From sequence record SRR9188676_2407: a DNA stretch of 59,319 nt, one strand, 5' to 3'. Shown here in pieces: positions 36,526 to 47,799 of the stretch. A program made the translations under genes and the position numbers. The notes under the pieces are model-generated. The model saw only the letters and a program-made list of their open reading frames with translations, had not been told where the DNA came from and ran no database searches. The number at the start of each line of letters is the position of its first letter. Position 1 is the first letter of the stretch.

Positions 36526-37404
36526 ATGAATTTTGTTGCAATAGATTTTGAAACTGCTAATAACGCTCAAAGTAGTGCTTGTGCTTTAGGGCTTGTGAAA
36601 GTGGAAAGTGGTGTTATTGTTGAAAGAAGAGAATGGTTAATAAAACCAACGCCTTTTGAAATGGGTTTTTATCAAAATAAGGTTCATAAAATTGAATTAA
36701 TGGATTTGGTAGATAAACCTGCTTTTGATGAAATATGGGATGAATTAAAGCCACTTTTAGAGAACCAAGTAGTCATTGCGCATAATGCGAGTTTTGATTT
36801 TGGAGTACTGAATAGTGTTTGTTCACATTATAATATTAAGCCAATAAAGTTTACAAGGATGTGTTCGATTGCTTTGTCAAGAATGGCTTGGCACAACGAG
36901 AGGGGTTATGGGTTAAGTACTTTGGTGAAATCTAAACTTGATAATTATAGTTTTAACCATCATGATGCTTTAGCCGATGCTGAAGCTTGTGCTCAATTGG
37001 TACTTAAAGTGTTAAACGTACTTTCTTTATCAAGTATTCAAGAAATTCAATATTATAAATCTAGCAGGCTACAAATTAAACGTTCGTCTAGGGTAAAGAC
37101 AGTCAAGAAGGTTTTTGAAGGAATTATCAATGAGGGCTTAAACAATCCTTTTAGAAAAAAAGAAGTAGTTTTTACTGGAACATTAGAGTATTTTGTCAGA
37201 AAAGAAGCTGAGGCTTTGGTGAAAAAAATAGGAGGGTTTCCTGCTCAATTTGTTAGTAGTAGAACAAAATATCTTGTTGTTGGTCAGTACGACATTAATA
37301 GAACTAAGTCTTCAAAAATTCAAAAAGCTGAACAACTGGCATTAGAAGGATATAATGTTAAAATAATTGGAGAAAAAGAGTTTATTGAAATGATGTCGGT
37401 ATAA
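36526..37404 (+). CDS. DEDDh 3'-5' exonuclease (DnaQ-like) with C-terminal BRCT domain
   Basis: AIDFETAN, IAHNASFD, HHDALADA; BRCT VVFTGTL...R.EA...VS.RT.YLVVG. Start set at ATG 36526. Confidence 0.92.
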   Translation: MNFVAIDFETANNAQSSACALGLVKVESGVIVERREWLIKPTPFEMGFYQNKVHKIELMDLVDKPAFDEIWDELKPLLENQVVIAHNASFDFGVLNSVCSHYNIKPIKFTRMCSIALSRMAWHNERGYGLSTLVKSKLDNYSFNHHDALADAEACAQLVLKVLNVLSLSSIQEIQYYKSSRLQIKRSSRVKTVKKVFEGIINEGLNNPFRKKEVVFTGTLEYFVRKEAEALVKKIGGFPAQFVSSRTKYLVVGQYDINRTKSSKIQKAEQLALEGYNVKIIGEKEFIEMMSV

Positions 37405-37418
37405 AATTAATCAAAACA

Positions 37419-37458
37419 AAAACAGCCTTCAACAATTTTACTTGATGAAGGCTGTTTT
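37419..37458. terminator. Bidirectional terminator
   Basis: AAAACAGCCTTCA...TGAAGGCTGTTTT between convergent genes. Confidence 0.8.
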
Positions 37459-37475
37459 GTATATTGATGTAATAA

Positions 37476-39743
37476 TTATTTTCCTACATTAGCACGAATG
37501 ATATTCAATGCACCACCTGCTTTAAACCATTCAATTTGTTGGTCGTTATAAGAGTGATTTACTGCAATTGTATCGCTTGAACCGTCTGCGTGGTTCAAAA
37601 CTACTTGCAATTGAACACCCGGAGCGAAAGTTGTTAAACCAATGATGTCGATAGAATCGTCTTCTTGGATTAAATCATAATCTGCTTCATTGGCAAACGT
37701 AATCGCCAACATCCCTTGTTTCTTCAAATTAGTTTCATGAATACGAGCAAAAGATTTCACTAATACCACACGAACCCCTAAGTGGCGAGGTTCCATCGCT
37801 GCATGTTCACGAGAAGAACCTTCTCCGTAATTTGAATCACCCACTACGATTGTTCCGATACCAGCAGCTTTATAAGCACGTTGCGTTGCAGGAACTGGAC
37901 CGTATTCACCGATTAATTGGTTCTTAACGTTGTCTGTTTTTTCGTTGAAGTAATTCAACGCACCAATCAGCATGTTGTTAGAAATATTGTCTAAGTGCCC
38001 ACGATATTTCAACCAAGGACCAGCCATTGAGATATGGTCAGTAGTACATTTTCCTTTCGCTTTTATTAATAATTTCAAACCTTTAAGGTCTGTACCTTCC
38101 CAAGCTTTGAATGGGTCTAACAATTGAAGACGGTCAGACGTTGGTGAAACTTTTACTTCTACTGAAGAACCATCTTCAGCAGGAGCTTGGTAACCAGCAT
38201 CTTCTACAGCGAATCCTTTTCTTGGTAATTCATCACCTGTTGGAGCGTCTAATTTTACTTGCTCGCCAGCTTCGTTAGTTAAATAATCTGTTAAAGGATT
38301 GAAAGTTAAATCACCTGCAATCGCCAAAGCAGTTACTAATTCAGGAGAACCTACGAAAGCATAAGTATTCGGGTTTCCATCCGCACGTTTAGCGAAGTTA
38401 CGGTTGAAAGAGTGAACGATTGTGTTTTTCTCACCCTTCTCAGCACCCGGACGAGCCCACTGACCAATACAAGGACCACAAGCATTAGAGAATACTTTAC
38501 CGCCAATACTCTCGAAAGTATCAATAAAACCATCACGTTCAATAGTGTAGCGTACTTGTTCAGAACCCGGCGTGATTGTATATTCTGCTTTAGTTTTTAA
38601 GCCTTTTGCCGCTACTTGTCTTGCTAAAGATGCTGCACGAGAAATATCTTCATAAGATGAGTTCGTACAAGACCCAATCAAACCAACTTCTACTTTGGTT
38701 GGCCAGCCGTTTTTCTCAGCTAATGCTTTCATTTGAGAAATAGGCGTTGCTAAATCTGGTGTGAAAGGACCATTCAAATGCGGTTCTAAAGTATCTAAAT
38801 CAATTTCAATTACTTGGTCGAAATAAGTAGCTGGGTCAGCATAAACTTCTGGGTCAGCAGTTAAATGTTCTTTTACTGAATCAGCTAAAGCTGCCACATC
38901 AGCACGACCTGTTGAAGCTAAATAGCGAGCCATAGATTCATCATAACCAAAAGTTGAAGTAGTAGCACCAATTTCAGCACCCATGTTTGCAATTGTACCC
39001 TTACCTGTACATGACATTGAGGTAACGCCTTCTCCAAAATATTCTACCACAGCACCAGTACCACCTTTTACTGTAAGGATACCTGCTACTTTCAAAATTA
39101 CGTCTTTAGCAGAAGTCCAGCCGTTTAATTTACCTGTTAATTTAACACCGATAAGTTTAGGGAATTTCAATTCCCAAGCTAAACCAGCCATAACGTCACA
39201 AGCATCAGCACCACCCACACCGATAGCAATCATACCTAAACCACCAGCATTAACTGTGTGAGAGTCAGTACCAATCATCATACCGCCCGGGAAAGCATAA
39301 TTTTCTAATACTACTTGGTGAATAATACCTGCACCCGGTTTCCAGAAACCTAAACCATATTTATCAGAAACTGAAGAAAGGAAGTCATAAACTTCTTTGT
39401 TTTTATTAACTGCAACCGAAAGGTCAGTTTTTGATTCTACTTTAGCTTCAATTAAGTGATCACAGTGAACAGTAGAAGGAACAGCTACTTTCGGGCGACC
39501 AGCCTGCATAAATTGTAAAAGAGCCATTTGTGCAGTTGCATCTTGCATGGCTACACGGTCTGGAGCGAAATCAACATAAGAAACACCTCTTTTAAAAGTA
39601 CTTGTAGGAGTACCTTCCCACAAGTGAGAATAAAGGATTTTCTCTGTTAGGGTAAGCGGTCTGCCGACAAGTTTACGAGCTGCCTCAACACGAGCTGGCA
39701 TACGTTCGTAAACTGTTTTAATCATTTCAATGTCAAAAGCCAT
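37476..39743 (-). CDS. Aconitate hydratase, mitochondrial-type
   Basis: [52 protein letters not shown]; 755 aa. Confidence 0.96.
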   Translation of the reverse strand: MAFDIEMIKTVYERMPARVEAARKLVGRPLTLTEKILYSHLWEGTPTSTFKRGVSYVDFAPDRVAMQDATAQMALLQFMQAGRPKVAVPSTVHCDHLIEAKVESKTDLSVAVNKNKEVYDFLSSVSDKYGLGFWKPGAGIIHQVVLENYAFPGGMMIGTDSHTVNAGGLGMIAIGVGGADACDVMAGLAWELKFPKLIGVKLTGKLNGWTSAKDVILKVAGILTVKGGTGAVVEYFGEGVTSMSCTGKGTIANMGAEIGATTSTFGYDESMARYLASTGRADVAALADSVKEHLTADPEVYADPATYFDQVIEIDLDTLEPHLNGPFTPDLATPISQMKALAEKNGWPTKVEVGLIGSCTNSSYEDISRAASLARQVAAKGLKTKAEYTITPGSEQVRYTIERDGFIDTFESIGGKVFSNACGPCIGQWARPGAEKGEKNTIVHSFNRNFAKRADGNPNTYAFVGSPELVTALAIAGDLTFNPLTDYLTNEAGEQVKLDAPTGDELPRKGFAVEDAGYQAPAEDGSSVEVKVSPTSDRLQLLDPFKAWEGTDLKGLKLLIKAKGKCTTDHISMAGPWLKYRGHLDNISNNMLIGALNYFNEKTDNVKNQLIGEYGPVPATQRAYKAAGIGTIVVGDSNYGEGSSREHAAMEPRHLGVRVVLVKSFARIHETNLKKQGMLAITFANEADYDLIQEDDSIDIIGLTTFAPGVQLQVVLNHADGSSDTIAVNHSYNDQQIEWFKAGGALNIIRANVGK

Positions 39744-40184
39744 AATATGTTTTTTTTAAGAATTCTTGAAATTTTAAGATTTAAAGAATAACGATTTATT
39801 TATAAATCTAAATAATCTAATTACTATTTTCCATATAGCAATAACAAATTTCAGATATTTTAAGTTCTTTGCAGTCTGTGAGCATACTGACAATGACAAA
39901 AAAAGTAGATTATAACATAATAAGGTTTTATTCTTGATTAGGATTTAGGATGAATCTTATGCTAATCCTCTTTATTATCTAATAAAACAAATAAAAATTA
40001 TACAAATCAAAGAAAATATATGTTAAAAACGCCTATTCGATAAAAAATTTTTAATTCGAAGTTGCTTTTTATAAATTTGTGAGACAGATTTTCACAGAAA
40101 AACGCTATTTTACCTTCTGACGAGAAGTTTGTTAATATAAAAATACTCAAGGATAAATACTATAATAACTGTAAATAATTCAAT

Positions 40185-42956
40185 ATGAACTTTTATAACG
40201 ATTACCTTAAAGAAATCGAGGAAAGAAAAACACAAGGACTTCATCCTAAGCCAATTGATAGTGCTGAATTGGTAAGCGAAATCATTGAACAAATTAAAGT
40301 TTTGGGCAATGAACACCGTGCTGATTCACTTCAGTTTTTCATTTATAACACTTTGCCAGGAACTACTCCTGCGGCTGGTGTAAAGGCTAAGTTTTTAAAA
40401 GAGATTATACTTGGTCAGTCTGTTGTAGAAGAAATAACACCTGATTTTGCTTTCGAATTGTTGTCACACATGAAAGGTGGCTCTTCAATTGAAGTATTAT
40501 TAGATTTGGCTTTAGGAGATGACGTTGCTATTGCAAAACAAGCTGGTGATGTATTGAAAACGCAAGTTTACTTATATGACGCAGATTTGAAACGTCTGAA
40601 AGATGCTTTTGAAAGTGGTAATGCAACAGCAAAAGAAATCATCGAAAGTTATGCTAAAGCAGAGTTTTTCACGAAACTTCCAGAAATACCTGAAGAAATT
40701 AAAGTAGTTACGTTTATCGCAGGCGAAGGTGATATTTCAACAGATTTACTTTCTCCCGGAAACCAAGCTCACTCACGTTCTGACCGTGAATTGCACGGAA
40801 AATGTATGATTTCTCCTGCTGCTCAAGATGAAATCGAAGCATTAAAAGCTCAGCACCCAGACAAATCTGTGATGTTAATTGCTGAGAAAGGAACAATGGG
40901 CGTAGGTTCATCAAGAATGTCTGGCGTAAATAACGTGGCACTTTGGACTGGTAAGCAAGCAAGCCCTTACATTCCTTTTGTGAACTTTGCTCCAATTGTA
41001 GGTGGTACAAATGGTATTTCTCCAATTTTCCTTACAACAGTTGATGTAACTGGAGGTATCGGAATTGACCTTAAAAACTGGGTTAAAAAAGTAGATGCAG
41101 ACGGTAAAGTTGTTCGTAACGAAAATAACGAACCTATTCTTGAACAAGCTTATTCTGTGGCTACAGGTACTGTACTTACGATTAATACAAAAACGAAAAA
41201 ATTATACAATGGCGAGCAAGAGTTGATTGATATTTCAAGATCTTTCACTCCTCAAAAATTGGAATTTATCAAAGCAGGTGGTTCTTATGCCATTGTATTT
41301 GGTAAGAAAATCCAAACATTCGCTTCTCAATTATTAGGTATTGCTATTGCGCCAGTATTTGCTCCTTCTAAAGAAGTTTCTCATGAAGGACAAGGGCTTA
41401 CAGCAGTTGAAAAAATCTTCAACAGAAATGCAGTAGGTTCTACACCGGGCAAAGTTTTACATGCAGGTTCTGATGTTCGTGTGCTAGTAAATATCGTAGG
41501 TTCTCAAGATACTACTGGTTTAATGACAGCTCAAGAATTAGAGTCAATGGCAGCAACTGTTATTTCTACTACGGTTGATGGTGCTTATCAATCTGGTTGT
41601 CATACAGCTTCAGTTTGGGATAAAAAAGCGCAAGCTAACATTCCAAAATTGATGAAATTCATGAACGACTTTGGTTTGATTACTGCTCGTGACCCTAAAG
41701 GTGTTTATCACTCAATGACGGACGTAATTCACAAAGTATTGAATGATATTACTGTTGATGATTGGGCAATTATCATCGGTGGTGACTCGCACACTCGTAT
41801 GTCGAAAGGAGTTGCTTTTGGTGCTGACTCTGGAACGGTTGCATTGGCTCTTGCTACGGGTGAGGCTTCTATGCCAATTCCTGATTCTGTAAAAGTTACT
41901 TTTAAAGGTAGCATGAAAGAATATATGGACTTCCGTGATGTTGTTCACGCTACTCAATCACAAATGCTTCAACAGTTTGGTGGAGAAAACGTGTTCCAAG
42001 GTAGAATTATTGAGGTTCATATTGGTACGCTTACTGCTGACCAAGCCTTTACATTTACAGACTGGTCTGCGGAAATGAAAGCAAAAGCTTCTATCTGTAT
42101 TTCTGAAGATGCTACTTTGATTGAATCATTGGAAATTGCAAAAAGCAGAATCCAAATCATGATTGATAAGGGCATGGACAATAAAAACCAAGTACTTCAA
42201 GGATTGATTGATAAAGCGAACAAGAGAATTGCTGAAATTCAATCGGGTGAAAAACCAGCGCTTAGACCTGATGCTAATGCAAAATATTATGCTGAGGTAG
42301 TGGTTGACTTAGACCTAATCGCTGAACCAATGATTGCTGACCCAGATGTAAACAATGCAGATGTTTCAAAGAGATATACTCACGATACTATCAGACCATT
42401 GTCTTATTATGGTGGCGACAAGAAAGTAGATCTTGGCTTTATTGGTTCTTGTATGGTTCACAAAGGCGATATGAAGATTTTGGCACAGATGTTGAAAAAC
42501 ATTGAAGCTCAAAATGGTAAAGTAGAATTCCAAGCACCACTTGTTGTTGCTCCTCCAACTTACAATATTGTAGATGAATTGAAAGCAGAAGGCGACTGGG
42601 AAGTATTACAGAAATACTCAGGTTTTGAGTTTGATGATAATGCCCCTAAAGCAGCAGCACGTACTTCTTACGAAAAAATGTTATACTTAGAGCGTCCTGG
42701 TTGTAACCTTTGTATGGGTAACCAAGAAAAAGCTGCTAAAGGCGATACCGTAATGGCTACTTCTACTCGTTTGTTCCAAGGTAGAGTTGTGGAAGATACA
42801 GATGCTAAAAAAGGTGAATCTTTACTTTCATCAACACCAGTAGTAGTTCTTTCTACAGTTCTTGGTAGAACTCCAACTATCGAAGAATATGTAAAAGCAG
42901 TTGAAGGTATCAATTTGACTAAATTTTCTCCATCACACATTAAATTGGTGAAATAA
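40185..42956 (+). CDS. acnB: Aconitate hydratase B / 2-methylisocitrate dehydratase
   Basis: HEAT-like N-terminus, GVGSSRMS, GSQDTTG, GGDSHTR, IGSCM, PGCNLCMGNQ; TAAATTTG promoter at 40072-40079. Confidence 0.95.
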   Translation: MNFYNDYLKEIEERKTQGLHPKPIDSAELVSEIIEQIKVLGNEHRADSLQFFIYNTLPGTTPAAGVKAKFLKEIILGQSVVEEITPDFAFELLSHMKGGSSIEVLLDLALGDDVAIAKQAGDVLKTQVYLYDADLKRLKDAFESGNATAKEIIESYAKAEFFTKLPEIPEEIKVVTFIAGEGDISTDLLSPGNQAHSRSDRELHGKCMISPAAQDEIEALKAQHPDKSVMLIAEKGTMGVGSSRMSGVNNVALWTGKQASPYIPFVNFAPIVGGTNGISPIFLTTVDVTGGIGIDLKNWVKKVDADGKVVRNENNEPILEQAYSVATGTVLTINTKTKKLYNGEQELIDISRSFTPQKLEFIKAGGSYAIVFGKKIQTFASQLLGIAIAPVFAPSKEVSHEGQGLTAVEKIFNRNAVGSTPGKVLHAGSDVRVLVNIVGSQDTTGLMTAQELESMAATVISTTVDGAYQSGCHTASVWDKKAQANIPKLMKFMNDFGLITARDPKGVYHSMTDVIHKVLNDITVDDWAIIIGGDSHTRMSKGVAFGADSGTVALALATGEASMPIPDSVKVTFKGSMKEYMDFRDVVHATQSQMLQQFGGENVFQGRIIEVHIGTLTADQAFTFTDWSAEMKAKASICISEDATLIESLEIAKSRIQIMIDKGMDNKNQVLQGLIDKANKRIAEIQSGEKPALRPDANAKYYAEVVVDLDLIAEPMIADPDVNNADVSKRYTHDTIRPLSYYGGDKKVDLGFIGSCMVHKGDMKILAQMLKNIEAQNGKVEFQAPLVVAPPTYNIVDELKAEGDWEVLQKYSGFEFDDNAPKAAARTSYEKMLYLERPGCNLCMGNQEKAAKGDTVMATSTRLFQGRVVEDTDAKKGESLLSSTPVVVLSTVLGRTPTIEEYVKAVEGINLTKFSPSHIKLVK

Positions 42957-42972
42957 TAGCATAACATATATT

Positions 42973-43003
42973 AAAAAAGCCTGAGCAACAACTCAGGCTT
43001 TTT
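42973..43003 (+). terminator. Intrinsic terminator
   Basis: AAAAAAGCCTGAG...CTCAGGCTTTTTT. Confidence 0.85.
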
Positions 43004-43315
43004 TGTTGTTTAGATAAAGGAGAAAAAAATGAAGCTTTCTAAAACTTATTTCATATAACCTGTCAAATTAATGTAGCCTCTTGTCTAATTTTCATTTCGA
43101 ATAAATAATAGAATTCTGCAATTTTATGACTGTTATCAAAAAAATGGACTACATTTTGAAATGAAGTTTATATATTTGGCAAAATATAAAAGGTAGTGGT
43201 CTTCTTATCAAGCATTTTATACCCCATAGGGCATCAAAATTGAAGGGTTTTAGCCCTAAAGAATAAATATTTCGTAAATAATTTCGATTGTTTACTCCAC
43301 CAATCAAAATAATTA

Positions 43316-45811
43316 ATGTCGAAAAACTTAGTAATAGTAGAGTCTCCAGCAAAGGCAAAGACCATTGAGGGATATTTAGGAAAAGATTTTACCGTAAAAT
43401 CTTCATTTGGTCATGTCCGAGACTTACCTAAAGAAAATGATGCCATCGACATAAAAAATGGTTTCAAACCTACTTATATTATCTCACCAGAAAAGATAAA
43501 AGTAGTAAACGAACTTAAATCAGCCGTTAAATCAGCAGATGAAGTATGGCTGGCAACGGATGATGACCGTGAAGGTGAATCTATCTCATGGCACTTAAAA
43601 GAAGCTCTTGGGCTTGCAGACAGTACTAAAAGAATCGTTTTTCGTGAAATCACGAAAAAGGCTATTCAAAATGCCATTCAAAATCCAAGAACGATTGATG
43701 TAGATTTGGTAAATGCACAGCAGGCTCGTCGTGTATTGGATAGATTAATTGGTTTTGAACTTTCACCAGTACTTTGGTCGAAAGTGAAAAAAGGTTTATC
43801 AGCAGGTAGAGTTCAATCCGTAGCAGTAAGAATTGTGGTTGAAAGAGAAAGAGACATTGAAAATTTTGATTCAAAATCTTCTTTCAAAATTGTTGCTTTA
43901 TTTCCCTTAGCAGGCGGAAGAGTTTTACAGGCTGAATTACCAAAGAACTTTGAAACAGAAGCCTTGGCGAAAGCATTTTTAGAGAAATGTATTGGTGCTG
44001 AATTCAAGATTAAGAATTTAGAAACAAAACCTGCTAAAAAATCTCCAACGGCTCCTTTTACCACTTCTACTTTACAACAAGAAGCTTCTCGTAAATTAGG
44101 TTATTCCGTGGCATCAACGATGATGTATGCTCAGAAACTGTACGAGGCAGGTAAGATTTCTTACATGAGAACTGACTCAACCAGTCTTTCTGATGAAGCA
44201 ATTGGCAAAGCAAAAGAAGCCATCACCAATGCTTATGGAGTTGATTATGTACAAACTCGTCAATATAAAACCAAAGATGAATCGGCTCAGGAAGCTCACG
44301 AAGCCATTCGTCCGACAGATTTTGCAGAGAGTACTATCGTTGGCGATGCCAAAGAAAGACGTTTGTATGAATTGATTTGGAAACGTGCTATCGCTTCACA
44401 AATGGCAGATGCACAATTAGAAAGAACTACGGCTACTGTCGGAATTTCAACTACTGCTGAAGAATTAATTGCTCAAGGTGAAGTTATTAAATTCGATGGT
44501 TTCTTGAAAGTATATTTAGAAAGTAAAGACGATGAAGAAGATGAGGATAATTCAAAAATGTTACCTCCTTTAAATATCGGTCAAATCCTGAATTTAGATA
44601 CTTTAAAAGCAACAGAGCGTTTTTCTCGTCCTCCAGCACGTTATACAGAAGCTAGTTTGGTTAAAGCCTTAGAAGATAAAGGAGTGGGGCGTCCTTCTAC
44701 TTATGCTCCAACAATTTCAACGATTATCAAGCGTGAATATGTTGTAAAAGAAGATAGAGAAGGAAAGGAGCGTAGTTTTAAGGAGATTGTGTTGAAAGAC
44801 AATAAAATTTCTGAAAAGACGAGTAAAGAAACTTACGGCACAGAAAAAGCTAAACTTTTCCCTACTTCTGTAGGAATGGTGGTAAATGATTTCTTAGTTG
44901 AAAATTTCAAAGAAGTAGTAGATTTTAAATTTACTGCTGATATGGAAGATGAATTCGATGAGATAGCCAAAGGAAAAGTAGAATGGTCGAAAATGATTGA
45001 TAATTTTTATCAAGGTTTCCACCAAACGATAGAAGACAGTAAAAGTGTTGATAGAAATACAGTAGGTTCATCTCGTGATTTAGGAATTGACCCAAAAACA
45101 GGAAAGCCTGTTTCTGTAAGATTAGGTAAATTTGGTCCTTATGTTCAATTAGGCGAAGCGAAAACCAAGGATGATGAAAAACCTGTTTACTTCAATCTAA
45201 AAAAAGACCAATTGGTAACAACCATTACTTTAGAAGAAGCTTTGGCTTTGATGGAATTGCCAAAACTACCAAGAGAAGTAGGTTTCTTTGAAGATAAACC
45301 AATGGTAATTGGTGCAGGTAAAATGGGTCCATATATTCGTCATGATGATAAATATACAAGTCTTCCACCTAACGAAGATCCTTTTACAGTTTCAGAAGAA
45401 AGAGCGATTGAGTTGATTTTAGAAAAACGTCAAGTTGATGTAGGCAGTGCAATCGGTACTTTTGAAGGCGAGCCAATTACAACAGGAAAAGGTAGATTTG
45501 GTCCTTATGTAAAACATAATGGTAAATTCTATTCGTTAGGAAGAGGCGAAAATATTGATACTATTACGAGCGAAAGAGCGATAGAAATCATTCTTAAAAA
45601 ACGTGATAGCGAAGCCAATAAATACTTGAAAGAATTCCCTGAAAATGATTCAATTAAAGTAGTCAATGGAATGTATGGTCCATACATTCAAATTGGTAAA
45701 CGAAATATCAAAATTCCAAAAGATACCAAACCAGAAGATTTAACATTAGAGGATTGTATCAAACTAGGCGAAGAAGCACCAGCTCCTTCTGCTAGAGGAA
45801 AGAAAAAGTAA
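43316..45811 (+). CDS. topA: DNA topoisomerase I with C-terminal Toprim_C repeats
   Basis: LVIVESPAKAKTI, ATDDDREGE, SAGRVQS, ISYMRTDS, GRPSTY, repeated G(K/R)FGPY. Confidence 0.98.
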   Translation: MSKNLVIVESPAKAKTIEGYLGKDFTVKSSFGHVRDLPKENDAIDIKNGFKPTYIISPEKIKVVNELKSAVKSADEVWLATDDDREGESISWHLKEALGLADSTKRIVFREITKKAIQNAIQNPRTIDVDLVNAQQARRVLDRLIGFELSPVLWSKVKKGLSAGRVQSVAVRIVVERERDIENFDSKSSFKIVALFPLAGGRVLQAELPKNFETEALAKAFLEKCIGAEFKIKNLETKPAKKSPTAPFTTSTLQQEASRKLGYSVASTMMYAQKLYEAGKISYMRTDSTSLSDEAIGKAKEAITNAYGVDYVQTRQYKTKDESAQEAHEAIRPTDFAESTIVGDAKERRLYELIWKRAIASQMADAQLERTTATVGISTTAEELIAQGEVIKFDGFLKVYLESKDDEEDEDNSKMLPPLNIGQILNLDTLKATERFSRPPARYTEASLVKALEDKGVGRPSTYAPTISTIIKREYVVKEDREGKERSFKEIVLKDNKISEKTSKETYGTEKAKLFPTSVGMVVNDFLVENFKEVVDFKFTADMEDEFDEIAKGKVEWSKMIDNFYQGFHQTIEDSKSVDRNTVGSSRDLGIDPKTGKPVSVRLGKFGPYVQLGEAKTKDDEKPVYFNLKKDQLVTTITLEEALALMELPKLPREVGFFEDKPMVIGAGKMGPYIRHDDKYTSLPPNEDPFTVSEERAIELILEKRQVDVGSAIGTFEGEPITTGKGRFGPYVKHNGKFYSLGRGENIDTITSERAIEIILKKRDSEANKYLKEFPENDSIKVVNGMYGPYIQIGKRNIKIPKDTKPEDLTLEDCIKLGEEAPAPSARGKKK

Positions 45812-45962
45812 ATTTAATAATTGAGTGATTTGTGATTATTCTTTTTGAAAGTCATTTATACGAATGTCATTTAATCTTAAATATTTTAAAGAAAGGTTGT
45901 CGATTTTTGATTGGCGACCTTTTTTTGATTTGAAAATTTGAAAATTAAATTTAAAATCAAAG

Positions 45963-46661
45963 ATGAAATCTACCAAAAAGAAATTAGTCGTATTAACTGG
46001 TGCTGGTATTTCAGCAGAAAGTGGCATTCCTACTTTCAGAGCATCGGACGGACTTTGGGAAAACCATGCCATTGAAGATGTGGCTACTCCGCAAGGCTTT
46101 AAAAAAGACCCAGAACTTGTACTCCGTTTTTATAACGAACGAAGAGCTAAATTAGACCATGTTGAACCGAATGAAGGACATAAAATTTTAGCTCGTTTAG
46201 AAAAATATTATGACGTACAAATCATCACACAAAATGTAGATAATCTTCATGAACGTGCTGGTTCAAGCAATGTACTCCATCTTCATGGCGAATTAACGAA
46301 AGCTCGTTCTAGCGTTGATGAAAATTTGGTCTATGAAATCGGCACTAAAGCAATTAATTTAGGTGATAAATGTGAAAAAGGTTCTCAGCTTCGTCCACAT
46401 ATTGTTTGGTTTCACGAAGATGTCCCTTTAATACATGATGCCATTGAAATGGTTGAAAGTGCCGATATTTTTGTGGTTGTAGGTACTTCTTTACAAGTAT
46501 ATCCTGCGGCTGGCTTGGTAAATTATGTGGCAGGTTTTGTTCCTATTTATATTATCGATCCCAAAAAACCAGAAACAGCCACCCGAAAAAACATGGCTTT
46601 TATTGAATATATAGGCAGTGTTGGCTTGGCTAAATTGTGGGATATTCTGGTAAATGATTGA
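45963..46661 (+). CDS. cobB: NAD-dependent deacylase (sirtuin)
   Basis: GAGISAESGIPTFR, TQNVDNLHERAG, LHG, LRPHIVWF, GTSLQVYPAA. Confidence 0.93.
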   Translation: MKSTKKKLVVLTGAGISAESGIPTFRASDGLWENHAIEDVATPQGFKKDPELVLRFYNERRAKLDHVEPNEGHKILARLEKYYDVQIITQNVDNLHERAGSSNVLHLHGELTKARSSVDENLVYEIGTKAINLGDKCEKGSQLRPHIVWFHEDVPLIHDAIEMVESADIFVVVGTSLQVYPAAGLVNYVAGFVPIYIIDPKKPETATRKNMAFIEYIGSVGLAKLWDILVND

Positions 46662-46748
46662 GATGTAGCGTACAGATAAACCAAATTCTTTTGCTTAACC
46701 AAAAACTAGCCGTAATTTTGTGGCTTCAAAATTACAAAAAACAGAACC

Positions 46749-47630
46749 ATGCAAATTATAGACGGGAAAGCAGTTGCTGACGAAATCAAGAAAGAAATCG
46801 CATTGGAAGTAGCTGAAATCAAAGCATCTGGTGGTAAAACACCACATTTAGTAGCCATTTTGGTTGGAAATAATGGTGCTTCTGAAACCTATGTTGCCAA
46901 CAAAGTAAAATCTTGTCAAGAATTAGGATTTAATTCAACATTACTTCGTTTCGACCCAAGTATTACTGAAGCTGAATTATTGGCTGAAGTACAAAAAGTA
47001 AATGATAATGATGATATGGATGGATTGATTGTTCAATTACCACTTCCAGACCATATCAATCCCGATAAAGTAATGGAAACGATTGCGCCAAGTAAAGATG
47101 TTGATGGTTTTCATCCAATCAATATTGGTAGAATGGCAAAAGGTCTTCCTGCTTATATTTCTGCGACGCCTCAAGGAGTATTAGATTTATTGGCGTATTA
47201 TAATATTGAAACTTCTGGAAAACATTGTGTTGTGGTGGGTCGTAGCCAGATTGTAGGCTTACCGATGTCTATTTTGATGCAACGCAATACTAAAATTGGT
47301 AATTGTACAGTAACACTTACGCATTCAAAAACGAAAGATTTACCAGCTGTTTGTGCTAGCGCTGATATTTTAATTGCAGCTTTGGGCCGTGCAGAGTTTA
47401 TCACAGCTGAATATGTTAAAGATGGCGCTGTAGTAATTGACGTAGGTTTGACTAGAGTAGAAGACCCAACTAAGAAGTCTGGTTTTGCTTTGAAAGGTGA
47501 TGTGAAATTTGATGAGGTAGCTCCGAAGTGCTCTTTCATCACGCCAGTTCCTAAAGGAGTAGGACCAATGACGATTGTTTCCCTGATGAAAAACACTTTG
47601 CTTTCAGCAAAAAAAGTGATTTACCAATAA
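46749..47630 (+). CDS. folD: Methylenetetrahydrofolate dehydrogenase/cyclohydrolase
   Basis: [35 protein letters not shown]. Confidence 0.97.
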   Translation: MQIIDGKAVADEIKKEIALEVAEIKASGGKTPHLVAILVGNNGASETYVANKVKSCQELGFNSTLLRFDPSITEAELLAEVQKVNDNDDMDGLIVQLPLPDHINPDKVMETIAPSKDVDGFHPINIGRMAKGLPAYISATPQGVLDLLAYYNIETSGKHCVVVGRSQIVGLPMSILMQRNTKIGNCTVTLTHSKTKDLPAVCASADILIAALGRAEFITAEYVKDGAVVIDVGLTRVEDPTKKSGFALKGDVKFDEVAPKCSFITPVPKGVGPMTIVSLMKNTLLSAKKVIYQ

Positions 47631-47799
47631 AATATAGTACTTTATTTGGGTGTTTAAGGCTTAATTATTTATTGTTTGAAAAATCGACTGTTCAGTGCTG
47701 TTTAAGCGAATGATTTTTTGTACTTTTGCGGTAAATTTCAGAAAAAGTATTTCCAAGATAATTTTGAATTAAGAGAGCCTTACAAAACTCTCCAAAAAA

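Noticed and set aside
39790-39990. Fur-box-like AT palindromes between the aconitases
   Set aside because: They cannot be distinguished by eye from chance in very AT-rich DNA.
43180-43315. Structured leader or riboswitch upstream of topA
   Set aside because: Only short weak hairpins are present, with no recognisable aptamer or terminator.
45963-46661. Sirtuin as a defence effector (Thoeris/DSR)
   Set aside because: It is a canonical short CobB-type deacylase among housekeeping genes.
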